DNA of 63,950 bases, counting the filler, from Thraustochytrium aureum (taxonomy: Eukaryota): assembly GCA_012862495.1 (NCBI GenBank). It is 5 parts of 5 records of this genome, joined end to end, with 100 filler letters (N's around TTAATTAATTAA, not from the genome) between each part and the next. Parts side by side here need not be neighbours in the genome. Positions count along the whole stretch, not along the records: positions 24,443 to 42,422 come from BLSG01000373.1; positions 42,523 to 56,516 come from BLSG01000374.1; 3 more parts are not named here. The stretch is one strand, 5' to 3'. A program made the position numbers and the translations under genes. A model generated the notes under the pieces. That model saw nothing but the letters and a program-made list of their open reading frames with translations. It made no database searches and was not told the origin of the DNA. This document shows, piece by piece, positions 33,102 to 45,014 of this stretch (positions are counted from its first letter, which is position 1; every line of letters starts with the position of its first letter).

Positions 33102-34964
33102 TTAATCAGATTGGCGGGCTCCAATGGAACTTGGCGGCTCCTGCGGCGCGCGGAGCGCGATGTCGCTCGGCGCTCGAGGGGGGGTCGCCGCCGGCTCCGC
33201 TTGAGGCGCAAACGGCACCTCGTTGACTAACTCAGCTTGGGCCCCCATCAAGTCCGCCTCATCGGTGTTCTGGAGCTCGTTCGCCCGGCGCATCGCTTGG
33301 CTCAAGTTGGCCGCGCTACTGTACGTGCTGTAGTTGGTTGCCACACTACGAGTTGATGCATCTCTGTATTCCTCCTGTACATCCGAGTTTGCCGACCGGA
33401 ACGAGGCAAAAAGGTCCAGGCTGTTCCCGTCCGTCTCGCGCCCGGCTGGCGCCGCAGAGCAGGTCTCGCCATCTGTCAAAATTGTCGACGCAGAAGACTG
33501 TTTCATCAACGCGACCTCCGCCTCTGCGCTCTCTACCCCAGCAGCGGCCTCAAGACCCCCGGGTGGCTCACGCCTGCCTGGAGGGTGGCGACACGACGCC
33601 GCCCCGCTCGAAGCACTGATCGCGCCCGAGTTCGCCACGGCGCGCTTGTCCGCGGCAAGAAAAGGGTCCGGGCCCGGGCCACCTCTTGGCATCGGGGAAT
33701 GCGGCTGCGTCCGCTTGGTGCCGATGAGCGAGGCAGTCGACGAGTCGCCCCCCAGGACGACGACCCGGCCATTTACCGTCGACTGAATTTGCGAACGCGG
33801 CGCGGGGGAGTCGTCCTCGGTTTCTACCTCGGAATCAAACCTATCCGCCCTCGCGACCGCCTCATCAACGTCAGCAAAAGTGCGCTTCGGGAGCTCGCCG
33901 TACACCTCTGCAAAGCGATAGTCGTACTCGTAGTCGGCGAACATGGCTTGCTCGGCCTCCGTGAGGGTGCGCAGGTTGCGCTCCTCGTCGTCGCCCATGA
34001 ACACGGAATGGATGTCGGCGTCCGGCTCGGCGTTCATCCGCTTGATGTTGGGTACGAATGGGACACTGTGCGTCCCGTCCTCAATGGCGCTCCACGAAAA
34101 CTCCTCGCTCGCTGAAAACCATGGGTGGTCGTGCACCTCATTATCCGCATAGCCGAGGCGCTCGTGCTCGCGAACGGCGAACAGACGAGCGAGGAGGTCG
34201 AGGCAGGCGCGAGACACGGGGATGCCCTCAAAGTTCTTCTTGGACAAGCTGAGCGCGTCCTCCATTGTGCAGGCGAATGCCTCTGGGTCGATCAAGCCCT
34301 CCTTCGCGAGCAGGCTCGCGGCGCTCTTGATCCGCTCGCACCGGAACGGGCGCCGCTTGCAAAGAAACTCGTGTAGGGTCACGCCGAGAGCGAACCAGTC
34401 GGCGGCGCGACCGTGCCGCCGGTCCCTCCTGTACATTTCTGGAGCCATGTAGCCCGCGGTCCCGCTTCCCGAGAAGCAATGCCCGCTCTCGTCCAGGTCG
34501 CGCGAGATGCCAAAGTCGGTGAGCATGACCCAGCCTTCCGAGCTGAGCAGCACGTTCTCCGGCTTGACGTCGCGGTGGAGCACGCCCTTCGAGTGCACGT
34601 ACGCGAGGGCCAGGACGAGCTGCGCGGCGTAGACGCGCGTGCGCGCCTCGGTGAACGGGAGCCCTTTGGCGTTGTGGTTGAGTTGGTACCGCAGGTCGCC
34701 CCCAAGCGCGATATCCATGACGAGGTACAGGTGCTTGCTGTCCTGGAACGAGTAGTACAAGTTGCAGATGTGCTTGTGGCGCAGCAGCGTCAGCAGGTCG
34801 CGCTCGCGGAACACTTCCTTGAAGCGTTGGCGGTCAACGATCGTCTCTTTCGTCAACACCTTCATGGCGTACCACCTCGCCGGGCTCTCCTTTTTCAGCG
34901 TCACGGCCTTGACCTTGCCGAACCCGCCCTCGCCGATCACGCGTTGCAGGTCGAAGTGGTCGAC
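33102..34964 (-). CDS. AGC-group Ser/Thr kinase, STK32/YANK-like (5' exon in gap)
   Basis: DHFDLQRVIGEGGFGKV, YAMKVL, NLYYSFQD..HLYLVMDIALGGDLRYQL, HRDVKPEN, TDFG, GTAGYMAPE. An AG acceptor abuts the gap. Confidence 0.85.
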   Translation of the reverse strand, partial: VDHFDLQRVIGEGGFGKVKAVTLKKESPARWYAMKVLTKETIVDRQRFKEVFRERDLLTLLRHKHICNLYYSFQDSKHLYLVMDIALGGDLRYQLNHNAKGLPFTEARTRVYAAQLVLALAYVHSKGVLHRDVKPENVLLSSEGWVMLTDFGISRDLDESGHCFSGSGTAGYMAPEMYRRDRRHGRAADWFALGVTLHEFLCKRRPFRCERIKSAASLLAKEGLIDPEAFACTMEDALSLSKKNFEGIPVSRACLDLLARLFAVREHERLGYADNEVHDHPWFSASEEFSWSAIEDGTHSVPFVPNIKRMNAEPDADIHSVFMGDDEERNLRTLTEAEQAMFADYEYDYRFAEVYGELPKRTFADVDEAVARADRFDSEVETEDDSPAPRSQIQSTVNGRVVVLGGDSSTASLIGTKRTQPHSPMPRGGPGPDPFLAADKRAVANSGAISASSGAASCRHPPGRREPPGGLEAAAGVESAEAEVALMKQSSASTILTDGETCSAAPAGRETDGNSLDLFASFRSANSDVQEEYRDASTRSVATNYSTYSSAANLSQAMRRANELQNTDEADLMGAQAELVNEVPFAPQAEPAATPPRAPSDIALRAPQEPPSSIGARQSD

Positions 34965-36072
34965 CTNNNNNNNNNNNNNNNNNNNNNNNNNNNNNNNNNN
35001 NNNNNNNNNNNNNNNNNNNNNNNNNNNNNNNNNNNNNNNNNNNNNNNNNNNNNNNNNNNNNNNNNNNNNNNNNNNNNNNNNNNNNNNNNNNNNNNNNNNN
35101 NNNNNNNNNNNNNNNNNNNNNNNNNNNNNNNNNNNNNNNNNNNNNNNNNNNNNNNNNNNNNNNNNNNNNNNNNNNNNNNNNNNNNNNNNNNNNNNNNNNN
35201 NNNNNNNNNNNNNNNNNNNNNNNNNNNNNNNNNNNNNNNNNNNNNNNNNNNNNNNNNNNNNNNNNNNNNNNNNNNNNNNNNNNNNNNNNNNNNNNNNNNN
35301 NNNNNNNNNNNNNNNNNNNNNNNNNNNNNNNNNNNNNNNNNNNNNNNNNNNNNNNNNNNNNNNNNNNNNNNNNNNNNNNNNNNNNNNNNNNNNNNNNNNN
35401 NNNNNNNNNNNNNNNNNNNNNNNNNNNNNNNNNNNNNNNNNNNNNNNNNNNNNNNNNNNNNNNNNNNNNNNNNAGTAGGTACTTGCTTGCCTCCAGTCCT
35501 GCCGTGATGCTGTGTGAACTTCACCGTGAAGTGAGAAGGGTCCTCCTTGTGAGAAGGCTCTTCTTGCTTCTACGAATGGGACGGTCGATTGATTTGCAAA
35601 CGTGAAGTGGATCTGCCAAAATGCGCACACCTCGGATGCGTTTGTGGGACTTGCCCGTGCTGCAGAGAGAGCGTGGCCTCAGCACTGCTTCATTGTTTTG
35701 ATTTTTTTTAGTGGGGCTATCAAGGAGGCGGAGTTGTAGAGTGTGCGTGATGTTGTAGACCGCGAGATCGCGCGCTCATTTCGAGCGGCTTTCCGCAGGT
35801 TTTGTGCCGCTCGAACGGTTTGCAGGGGTTGGGGCGATGGTCCGCTTCCGATCCCTCCTCTGCACTCCACTTTTCGGACAAGGCAAGGCAGCGTGCCGAG
35901 GGCGCCTCCCACGCGATGCTCGCCCTGGATGAGGTGCACAGACACGCAAGTGCGAGGCGGCGCTGCGGAGCGCGGGGCGCTGTCGGCCAGACGACGAGGA
36001 GTGCTGCCACACGGACAGCTCGTTCGGAGGCAGGCGCATACGGTACGCCCGGCTCGGCGTAGAAGCGGCACG

Positions 36073-37035
36073 ATGAGGGGCGCGTCGATGCTGGTGGTGC
36101 TGCTGGTGGCACTCGCGAGTAGAGCGCTGGCAGAGGAGTGGGTCGAGAGCCTGAACGTGACCCTGAACGTTTCGAGCGCAGATGATGTTCTTGAGGAAAA
36201 GCAGAACGGCAACGTTATTCGTGCGCCGACAACGCCCAGCCTATCGGAAGCGGTTGTCGTCGCACTTCGACTGACTGGCCCCAACGTTCCCACAAACGCC
36301 ACGGTCAAGGTGTCCAAGCTTGTTTTGGATTGTTATACTCCGCCTCCGACGAAGTCTCCAGAACTTAGTCTGAGGATCAGCGGCTCCAACAACTCGCTTG
36401 GGTTTCCAGCAAGCCCAGAAAACTCTTATGTCACGAACCTGGTGGACGCAGCACTGCCGGAAATTGCATGGAATGATATACCAGTTTCCTTGGGCCCATT
36501 CGAGTATGACCTTTCGTCGCTCATCCAGGCTATGCTTACGCAAGTGGGACGCAGTGACTCTGATCCGATTGTCCTGATCATCAGAAGCACCGGGCCGGGC
36601 AAACGCAATCTCTTTGATGGCCTTGCAAGGCTAGAGCTTACCCTCGACGTTCCGTATGAATCGCCGACAGCGTCGCCTTCGACAAGTCCAACCCGTGAAC
36701 CATCAACGTCGCCCACCACGACCCCGAGCAAAAGTCCAACGAAAGACTTGCCTTTTGGCGAGTCGACTGGCGAAAACCAGACAGAAGAGTCTGCTGGCGC
36801 GGCAGCCATCGCTGGCGGCATTGGGGGAGGGGTTGCCGCCCTTTGCGCCATCGCTTTTGTCGCCGCCCGCGTACGCCAGAGCATTCGCCAGACCGAGCTA
36901 GTATCGCAGAGATCAGCAGTCATGACTGACGCTGCTGGCGCCGAAAAGGTCTCTTCGCCGTCTGTGCAGCAACGGTCGTCGACAAAGCTCAACGTCAGCG
37001 CGATCGTGTCGAAGGACGCCGGCGAACTGATTTAG
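36073..37035 (+). CDS. Type I membrane protein with a Ser/Thr/Pro-rich stalk
   Basis: Signal peptide MRGASMLVVLLVALASRALA, beta-rich ectodomain, SPTASPSTSPTREPSTSPT stalk, TM AAAIAGGIGGGVAALCAIAFVAA followed by RVR. Confidence 0.75.
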   Translation: MRGASMLVVLLVALASRALAEEWVESLNVTLNVSSADDVLEEKQNGNVIRAPTTPSLSEAVVVALRLTGPNVPTNATVKVSKLVLDCYTPPPTKSPELSLRISGSNNSLGFPASPENSYVTNLVDAALPEIAWNDIPVSLGPFEYDLSSLIQAMLTQVGRSDSDPIVLIIRSTGPGKRNLFDGLARLELTLDVPYESPTASPSTSPTREPSTSPTTTPSKSPTKDLPFGESTGENQTEESAGAAAIAGGIGGGVAALCAIAFVAARVRQSIRQTELVSQRSAVMTDAAGAEKVSSPSVQQRSSTKLNVSAIVSKDAGELI

Positions 37036-37291
37036 TGTAGCGTTCTCAATCAAGAAATTGCGCTTTATGTTTTCTTGGGCCCTTGGCCTCCAGTTTTGCG
37101 ATTGCCACAGCGATTGCTCCTGCTTGCGAGTCTGTTGTTGGCGCACACAACGGGTGGCGTCTCCGTGGGTTCCGTTTCGTCACTGGGTGCTGCTAGCTCT
37201 AGCTAGAGAGAGAGAGCAGTTCAGCGAGCGAAGGCATCGCGCCACGTCGCATGGGCTGGTTTGGAACGGCTGTGTGTCCGTGCCCCTCTCC

Positions 37292-37460
37292 ATTCAATCA
37301 ACCTGCAATCAATCAATCAATCAATCAAACTGCAATCAATCAAACTGCATTCAATCAATCAAACTGCCTGCATTCAATCAATCAAACTGCCTGCATTCAA
37401 TCAATCAAACTGCCTGCATTCAATCAAAAACTCCATTCAATCAACCTCCATTCAACCAAA
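37292..37460. repeat. (AATC)n-based minisatellite with a ~23-bp cattcaatcaatcaaactgcctg unit
   Basis: Read directly, between two convergent genes. Confidence 0.9.
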
Positions 37461-37521
37461 AACCTGTTTGGTGCGCCACTCTTGCACCGTCGGCCCTTCT
37501 CGCGCCAGAGCTCGCTCGATG

Positions 37522-40500
37522 CTAGGTGCTGTGCGCGTGGCTTGTGTCGCATACACAGGGCGAGATCATGTCGGCCCAGCTGTCGCGGAAGGTGGTCTGG
37601 GAAGCCTCAAACGGGCGCTGGGTGCAGCTCAGAGCGCGCCCAGCCTGCGCCCGAGTCGCGACTTGCGATACCGACTGCAGACTGCGCAAGAATGCAGCTG
37701 CAGCGTGGACGAGGGCCGAGACGAACTTGACCTCCGCGTTGCTCGGCATCCTCACTGGCTCGTCGGCGCCAAGCTGCTCGTGAAGGTTCGCCTGGAGCAA
37801 GTGGACGCTCTCTGCGAGACGAATGAAGAGCTTGGCGTTCGCACTCTGGTGGCGTCGGCGGGGCGTTCTGAGGATAGGTCGCAAGATCGGATCCCAGCGC
37901 TTGGCAGCGCCTCGCGGCCAGCTCCCACTCGATTCTGACTTGGTGCTCTTGCGCAACGCATTGATGAGGCGGGCAGGCACAGGGTCGAGAAGCGCAGACA
38001 CTTCCGAGGCAATCTCCTCCAGCACTGCGTCGACGTGGGTCGAAACGTCTTCTAGCTCAAGCGCTATGGGCTGCAAAAGGAGTGTGAACGACCAGTCTGG
38101 TTCGTTCTCTGCGACAGGGCGCTGCTCCTCCGGATGGCCTTGCTCGAGCGTCGCGCTGAGACCGGACGACGCGCCGCGCAACGTGCCCGACGTTGTCTGC
38201 TCCTCCAGCAGGGCGGGCAAAAAGCTCGCGTATGTGTAAGCCATCATGCGGACGAGCTGAACTCCAACAAGTACGGCGTCGCGCTCTGCCGCCAGCAGGC
38301 GCCGAGGTGCGCGTCGCTGACGGCGACGCGCCACAACGCGGGCTCCCTAGAAGCAAATTGGCAAGGGCGTGCTGCGGCGCGAGCAGCTGCATGCGGGCAG
38401 TCACGCCGGGGTGGCTCGCCATTGCCCTGGATTGGTTAATGGCCACCAAGTCGCGGAACAGCTCGGCGCGGTCTCCGCCCAGGTCCGAAGTGGCGCGCGC
38501 GTTGGCAGCAGCCAACTCGGAGAAGGTGTTGTAGAACGTCTCAAAGTCGTTCCGCACCCTTGTCATCGTGCCAAGCACGCTGGAGAGGAGCTGGGACTCG
38601 GACCGGAGGGGCAAGAACGCGAGCTCCACGACGGCGAAAATCAGCGTCCCCACGTACGTGTCTTCGATGCGCAACGTGCTGGACACGTCGACGTCAACGC
38701 CTAGCGAAGGCGACTCTAGCATAAGGAGGGCTGCCGTGAAGCCCGCCACCGTGCCTGCGTACGAAATCGAGGGCGAGGACCGTGCATAGGTGGCGATGAT
38801 GACAAAGCCTACGAGGGCGACGCCGATGAAGACACGGTGCCCCACTGGCGGCAGCCGGGTGCTCGCTTCGACCATGAGCGATGCATACACGGCGGCCAGG
38901 GCCGTTGCGAAGGCGCGGAGCATCGCAGCCGTCATGTTGCGGCCCTGGTTTGCGTCCGTGGCGATGTAGGCGATCGTGAACGCCGGCAGCGAGCGCGGCG
39001 GGGACCCCGCGCCGCCCGCGAAGATCCCGTACACCGCCGCTAGGCTCATGGAAAGCGAGAGCTTCGCCGCTGCGATAAGCACGAGGCGGCGCTGCGTGCG
39101 CTCCGCGGCGCCCGACGGGGAGACGAGCCGAGCAAAGTGTTTGAATTGAGGCGGCAAAAGGTCTGCGAAAAGCTCATCGTCGCAGCAGCGTCTGCCGGAG
39201 GCAAGCGGCCCTTGCGCCTTGAACTCGCCGCCGAGGGGGCCCTTGAGTGCACTTATCGCCACGTCGAGCTCGAACAACAGGGCATTGAGCGTGACAAGGG
39301 CTTGCGGCTCGATCGAGGGGCTGCCCGACTTGTAAAACACGTGCTCTCGCGCAGCAAAGTAGGCCGCCTCGAACGCGCGGGCGCTCTGGGCCAAGCCGCG
39401 CGTGCGAGTGCCCGGCGCGTGGCCCTCGCACAGCGCCTCCACGGCGGCCACGATGTTGCGTTGCAAGCGTCCAGCTTCCGGGGCGATGCGCGACATGAGT
39501 AGGTCATGCGAAGGGAGTCCGTCAAAGTCGAGCTCATCGAAGAGACCGCACATGATGCTAAAGCTCAGCAGAAGCTCGTCCAGGAGGTCAAGTAGCTGGC
39601 CGTCACTGGTGAGCGCATAGTGCCGGCGTGGGCCCCAGCGCGAGTCCACCAGCCGCGCCCTGCAAACAGTGATGTTCAACTGCACGCGGTCCAGGAGCTC
39701 CCGCTTTTGCTCGGACAGTAGCGCCGTGCGCGCCAACTGGTTGCCTCGGAGCCCTTCCATAAGGCTCTCCACGACGTGCGCAAGCGCGGAAGCCGAGTAC
39801 CGTGCGCGCGAACGAAGCTCCGTGGTGGCGAGGCGTGGCCACGGCAGAACCACGCCGACCAAGGCGACAAGCACTCCGATCGAGACGTCCGCCATAAGAA
39901 CGAGTGGCGCGTACCAGTCCCGGTTGTGCTGCACTGCGGCGGGCAGTGTTTCGATCAGGTTGAGCGCCAGCAGACTGAGCCCCAATTTTTTGCCCATGTC
40001 TGGAACCTGAAGGAGCTGAAGCGCGAACGTGCTCGCGGCGAGGGTGACGACGGCCGCAGCGGCAGAGTAGTGTTCCCGCGCGATGGCCAGCACGACCGAG
40101 CACAGCAGCGAAGCGAAAAACCCCACGAGGAGGCACCCCCAACCGTTGATCACAGTCCGGCCAAACGTTATGTCGGCTGTCATGACAACGATAAAGCCTG
40201 CAAATGCTGCGCCGTTTGGCGTGTACCCGCTGAATGTCAGCGTGTCCCATGCCTGCGGATACAGCGCTACAGCTGAAATCACCGCAGTGGAGATGCCTGT
40301 TCGCAGGCTCCACTCGACGCGCCATGTCCAGTCTGGGTGCGTGGCCCACGAAATGGAGCACCAGCAGCGCGGACTTGCCGCATCGTCGTCTTCGCTAGCG
40401 CCTTCGCAGCCCCCTCCAGCCTCAACGTCTTCGTTGCGCCCCTCGTTGCCTCTGTCTCGATTGCCTTGGTCGTCGACGCCGTCGCTGCCCTTTGTGCTGC

Positions 40501-40726
40501 CGGCAGCCAAGCCGTTTAGGAGGACCCTAGAGTGCGTGTGGGACTCGCTCTCCCCGTCTTTCTGCGCGGGCGCCGCTGGAGCACAGATTGTGGCTTGCTC
40601 GGCGAGCCCGCCGTCGACCGGGCGGCCATCCGGCCCGTCGCAGGCCGCCAGGCGGCTGCCCGACGACTGGCTGGTCTTTCCGCTCCCGCCTTCTGGCACG
40701 ACGACCTCGACCAGGTCGCCCAACAT
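37522..40726 (-). CDS. FUSC / aromatic-acid-exporter / ALMT-like polytopic membrane protein (two homopolymer frameshifts)
   Basis: Two TM clusters, each followed by a helical domain (WSLRTGIST...GVLVALVGVVLPWPRLA; AAAKLSLSMSLAA...YAGTVAGFTAALLM...RIEDTYVG). Single-base additions near 38356 and 38298 restore REPALWR and join ORF 37522..38334. Confidence 0.65.
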
Positions 40727-41208
40727 GGACTGGTTGGTCGGCCGCGGGGCCCAGGACTGGAGCAAGGTGCCTGGCTCGCTGGCTCGCTGGCTGGCTGGCT
40801 GGCTGGCTTGCTGGCAGGCTCGAGTCGTGCGTTGCCGCGTGCAGCCTGCTGAGCACTCCGTGAGCAAGTAAGTAGGTGAGTAGGTTTACAGCTTTTTCGC
40901 GTATGTACTCGAAGAGTGCAAGGTGGAGAGATTTCACTTGCTCCATCCACGTCGTCGTGAGCGGCCCCAGCTCTCCGGGGCCTCGGTAGTGAGTACCGAT
41001 GCGGCTCGTTCCGCTTGACGGCGCCCAAGTGGGGAGGACTTGGCGGCGCCGACGAGGGAGCGCGCAGAGCAGACCAAGGCGGAATTCAAATCAAATCGAC
41101 GTGTTTCTACAACGAGCGCTCCCGGCCCCGACCGGCAGGCGATTATTCAAGGGAACCCAGCGAACGAGGGGGCCAAAGGCATGCAGCGCTCGACGCGGGC
41201 GCAACAAC

Positions 41209-41958
41209 TTAGCGGCGCTCGCGGCGCTCGCGGTTGCGCTTGTCCTCCTTGTCCTTCAGGAGAATGATGAGGATGCGCACGAAAATGGCGGCGAGGTCCA
41301 AAAACAGCTCCAGGGCGTGCTGCAAGTGGTCGAAATCGCCCATGTGCGCCTTCTCGATGATAAGCTGCGTGTCGAAGATCACATAGCCGCTGAACACGAG
41401 CAGGCCGCCGTACAAGTTGACGTTCCAGAGCATCTGCGAGCGAAAGAAGATGTTGCCGAGCGCAATCAGTGACATCCAGCCCAGAGCAGAGTAGCAGAGA
41501 CCGCCCAGGTACAGCATCGAACGCCGCTTTGAGCTCAGGGCGGCATAGGTGAATCCCAGGAAGAGCATCGTCGTCGTCGCTAGGGCCATGGGCACCAGCG
41601 AGGCATCCACAGCCAGCGCAAGCTCAATAAGCGCTCCCATGGAAGTGCCCTGCGAAAAGCAGACGAGCGCAAAGTACGCTGTGCGGAGCTCCACCTGCTC
41701 GCGCGGCGTTGAGGCCAGAAGCGCGATACCGAACAGGCTAGCGATCACCGGCAGCATCACCCAAACGTGCGTCACCATGTAAAAGTAGCTCCCCGCGGCA
41801 GCCACGACGCATCCCGCCGCCAGCGTCGCGTACACCTTGGCCAGATGTTGCTGCAGCTCGCTCGTCAGCTCCGCGTTCGAGGCAAACGCCGCGGCGAACT
41901 TTTCCGAGGAAATCCCATCAAACCAGCCGGACCCGCGCCGCTCAGCCGTGCTCGTCAT
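41209..41958 (-). CDS. TMBIM6: Bax inhibitor-1
   Basis: QQHLAKVYATL, KRRSMLYLGG, LYGGLLVFSGYVIFDTQLIIEKAHMGDFDHLQHALELFLD, and a basic C-terminal tail. Confidence 0.93.
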   Translation of the reverse strand: MTSTAERRGSGWFDGISSEKFAAAFASNAELTSELQQHLAKVYATLAAGCVVAAAGSYFYMVTHVWVMLPVIASLFGIALLASTPREQVELRTAYFALVCFSQGTSMGALIELALAVDASLVPMALATTTMLFLGFTYAALSSKRRSMLYLGGLCYSALGWMSLIALGNIFFRSQMLWNVNLYGGLLVFSGYVIFDTQLIIEKAHMGDFDHLQHALELFLDLAAIFVRILIILLKDKEDKRNRERRERR

Positions 41959-42180
41959 CCTCGGATCGCGCGCTGCCTCAACCAGTTCGCCTCCGTCTCC
42001 TGTCGCTCGCTCGTCTCCGGCCTTCGCTTCGCTTCGAGTCTGCCGCGCACCGCTTTTCAGATTCGGCTCTGCCAACGCACCTGGTCATCCGTCACCGTGA
42101 GCTCGTGAGAGAGTTCCAGACTCGGAGGTTCGCCAGCCTGGCTGCGGAACAGCACGAGCAAGCGAAGAGCCGCTTGCATG

Positions 42181-42304
42181 AGCTTCACGAACGACGAGCA
42201 GCTCACGAACGACGAGCCGCTCACGAACGACGAGCCGCTCACCGCTCACGAACGACGAGCAGCTCACGAACGAAGAGCAGCTCACGAACGAAGAGCAGAT
42301 CACG
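42181..42304. repeat. 18-bp tandem repeat gctcacgaacgacgagc(a/c), about 6 copies
   Basis: Read directly. Confidence 0.9.
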
Positions 42305-42422
42305 TGCAGCCACACTCGTCGCGTTCACACTTTCAGAGAGCTTCTACCTATTCATGTAGTGGATGAGGGAAAGAAAGGAAGAAAGGCTGCGAGGAAAAGC
42401 AAGGCCGACCGCACACTCGCTC

Positions 42423-42522
42423 NNNNNNNNNNNNNNNNNNNNNNNNNNNNNNNNNNNNNNNNNNNNTTAATTAATTAANNNNNNNNNNNNNNNNNNNNNN
42501 NNNNNNNNNNNNNNNNNNNNNN
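42423..42522. other. Artificial contig spacer
   Basis: N-TTAATTAATTAA-N. Confidence 0.95.
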
Positions 42523-43275
42523 AATCTCCCCAAAACCCGAACGGAATCGCCCTCAAAGCGATCTCCCCAAAACCAGCAGATCACCCTCAAAATACGCAGA
42601 ACTGTGCGTGCAGTTCTGCGCGTTTGCGTCAAGATTTGCGTGGCGCCCAGCTCCTGGGTGCGACACATGGCGTATCACTGGTTTGGCTTTCGCCAAGTTT
42701 TGCGACGGCTGCTAACGGGCATGTGCACCTCTCAAAGTAACACCCACGCCATGAAACCGATCCGTCGCGCGGGGGTTGAGCGATCTGTCGCCTTGGCTCA
42801 CCCAGCTCGCTCACGTCACAGGATCTGAACTGCTCGCGAGTTGGTGCGTTTTCCAAGATGCTGGCCCCTGCACCAGCACGCGCATTGGACCTTGTCCGGG
42901 AAGACCTGGAAGGCCTGGGAGGCCGGCCTGCCCGTGGAAGGCGGGTCCGCTGCATTGGAAGACTTGTGCTCGCCTTGAACTAGCGCCCTTGCCCCGGTGT
43001 CCTGGGGGCGTACCTTCTTGCGGCTGGGACGGCCGCGTGTGGGAAGCAAAGCAAAAGATGCTGTTGTCCAACGCTTGTGCTGAATCGATCCATCGGACGG
43101 GCAGGCAGACCCCCAACGCGCGAACATTCAACGAGCCAGAAGAGCGGAGCCGAGCGAGGGAGATAGCAAGCAGGCCCTGCACCCGGTGCGAGCGAGCCGC
43201 TGCGTGCGACTTTGTCGGAAAGCACAACTACCTACACTTGATCAAGAGGAGAAAAGGGGACAAGGAGAAAGGAGA

Positions 43276-45014
43276 ATGGCTCTCGCCGCGCTGCGCTCGC
43301 GCGTCGCGAGGCTGCTGGAGGCCGTGCGCAATGCACCGCTGCGAAGCGCGCTCAAAGCCTACGCAGCGTTTGCTGTGGTGCACATGGCCTGGAAGGCCTA
43401 CGTGCGCATCAAGCTGTTTGTTCGCGCCAGGCTGCTCCTGAAGAACGTGGCCGGCCAGCAGTTCCAGTGGCTTACGTTCGACTGGCTGGGAGTCAACACG
43501 ATGCGCAACATGCAAAACTACTTTGATTGGCGGGGATCCCCCTGAAGAAGCACCAAGGCGCAGACTTGGTGGGCGGGCCGGGCCCGTTCATTGAGGTGAT
43601 GTGCAACGACCGCAGCACCGTCAAGCACATGCTCAAGGACGACTTCAACGCGTTCACCAAGCCTGCACCTGGAGACGACTACCTGCTCGAGCTGATGGGC
43701 GACTTTCTTGGAGCGAACGGCATCTTTGTGCTGCAACACGGCAAGGGCCTTGGAAGCGAGCGCCTTGATCGATCCCACGAGGAGTGGTATAACCAACGCA
43801 AGACGGCGGCCAAGATATTTACCAAGAGCACCTTCAGCACACTGATGCTGTCTACGTTTGTGGAGAAGGCCCACCTCATGAAGACATCGCTTCTGGCCCA
43901 GCAGGGCAAGGACGTGGACATGCAGCGCATGTTTTTCCGCTTCACGTTTGACAGCATTCAGCGCGTCTTCTTTGGGCGCAACGTCGACACAGTGTCCGGC
44001 AAGGAGACGGACGAGTACGCGCAGGCGTTTGACAAGGCGCACCGCGCTATGGTGCAGATCTACTTTCGGTGGCTGCGCGTGCACGTAGCTTGCCAGATGG
44101 TCCTGCCGTACCCGTTTGGAACCTGGGGCACGCCCGAGTCGGGCTGGAGCTTGACCATGTCTCTAATCCGGCGCGTGACGCCAGAGGGGCGCGAGTTTGC
44201 GCACTGGTGCAGCGAGCTCAACACGGGCACGTACAACATCATCAAGGAGGCGCGCGCCGACCCGAACCTGCCGAACCGCCGCGACCTGCTGGCCAACTTT
44301 TTGAACGCGAACGCGCGCTACACGGATAAGGACCTGCGCGACATCGTGCTCAACTTTATCATCGCCGGGCGCGACACGACGGCGTGCACGCTGTCGTGGC
44401 TGTTTTTCAACCTGGCTTGCCACCCCGAGGTGCAAGACCGCGTCGCTAGCGAAGCGAACGCGGTGCTCAAGGGGTGCGACCCGACGTACGAGTCGCTGCA
44501 GCAGATGCCGTTCCTGATGGCCTGCGTCTACGAGTCGCTGCGGCTCAACCCGCCCGTGCCGGAGGACTACAAGGTGGCTTCGCGCGACTCTGTGTTCCCG
44601 GACCAGACCGTGGTGCCCAAGGGGACCAAGGTGACGTTCCACAACTATGGGCTGGCCCGGAACCCGTCCCTGTACGAAGACCCCGAGGAGTTCAAGCCCA
44701 CACGCTGGATCGACGACAGCGGCGCGCTGAAAAAGCTCGATACGTACTACTCGCCTATCTTCCAGGCGGGTTCGCGTGAGTGCCTGGGCAAGTCGATGGC
44801 CGAGCTCGAGATTGCCGCGGTGGCCTCCATGCTCCTGGCCGACACGACCTCGGGCCCGGGCCTTCGCTTTGACGTTTCGGACGAGGAGCGTAGTCAGGTC
44901 ACCTGGGCGCTCATGATCACGCAGTCCGTTTCCAACGCGCTCGACCGCTCGTCGCACAACTTGTTCCTGTCGCCCTCGCCCCGGGCGGCGGCGGTCGAGC
45001 AAAGCAGTCCGTAG
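43276..45014 (+). CDS. Cytochrome P450, CYP86-clan-like (CYP704/94/86 type); frameshift at about 43532-43542
   Basis: WYNQRKTAAKIF, FTFDSI, LRDIVLNFIIAGRDTTA, ESLRLNPPVP, FKPTRW, heme motif FQAGSRECLG. The N-terminal anchor is in the upstream frame. Confidence 0.9.
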
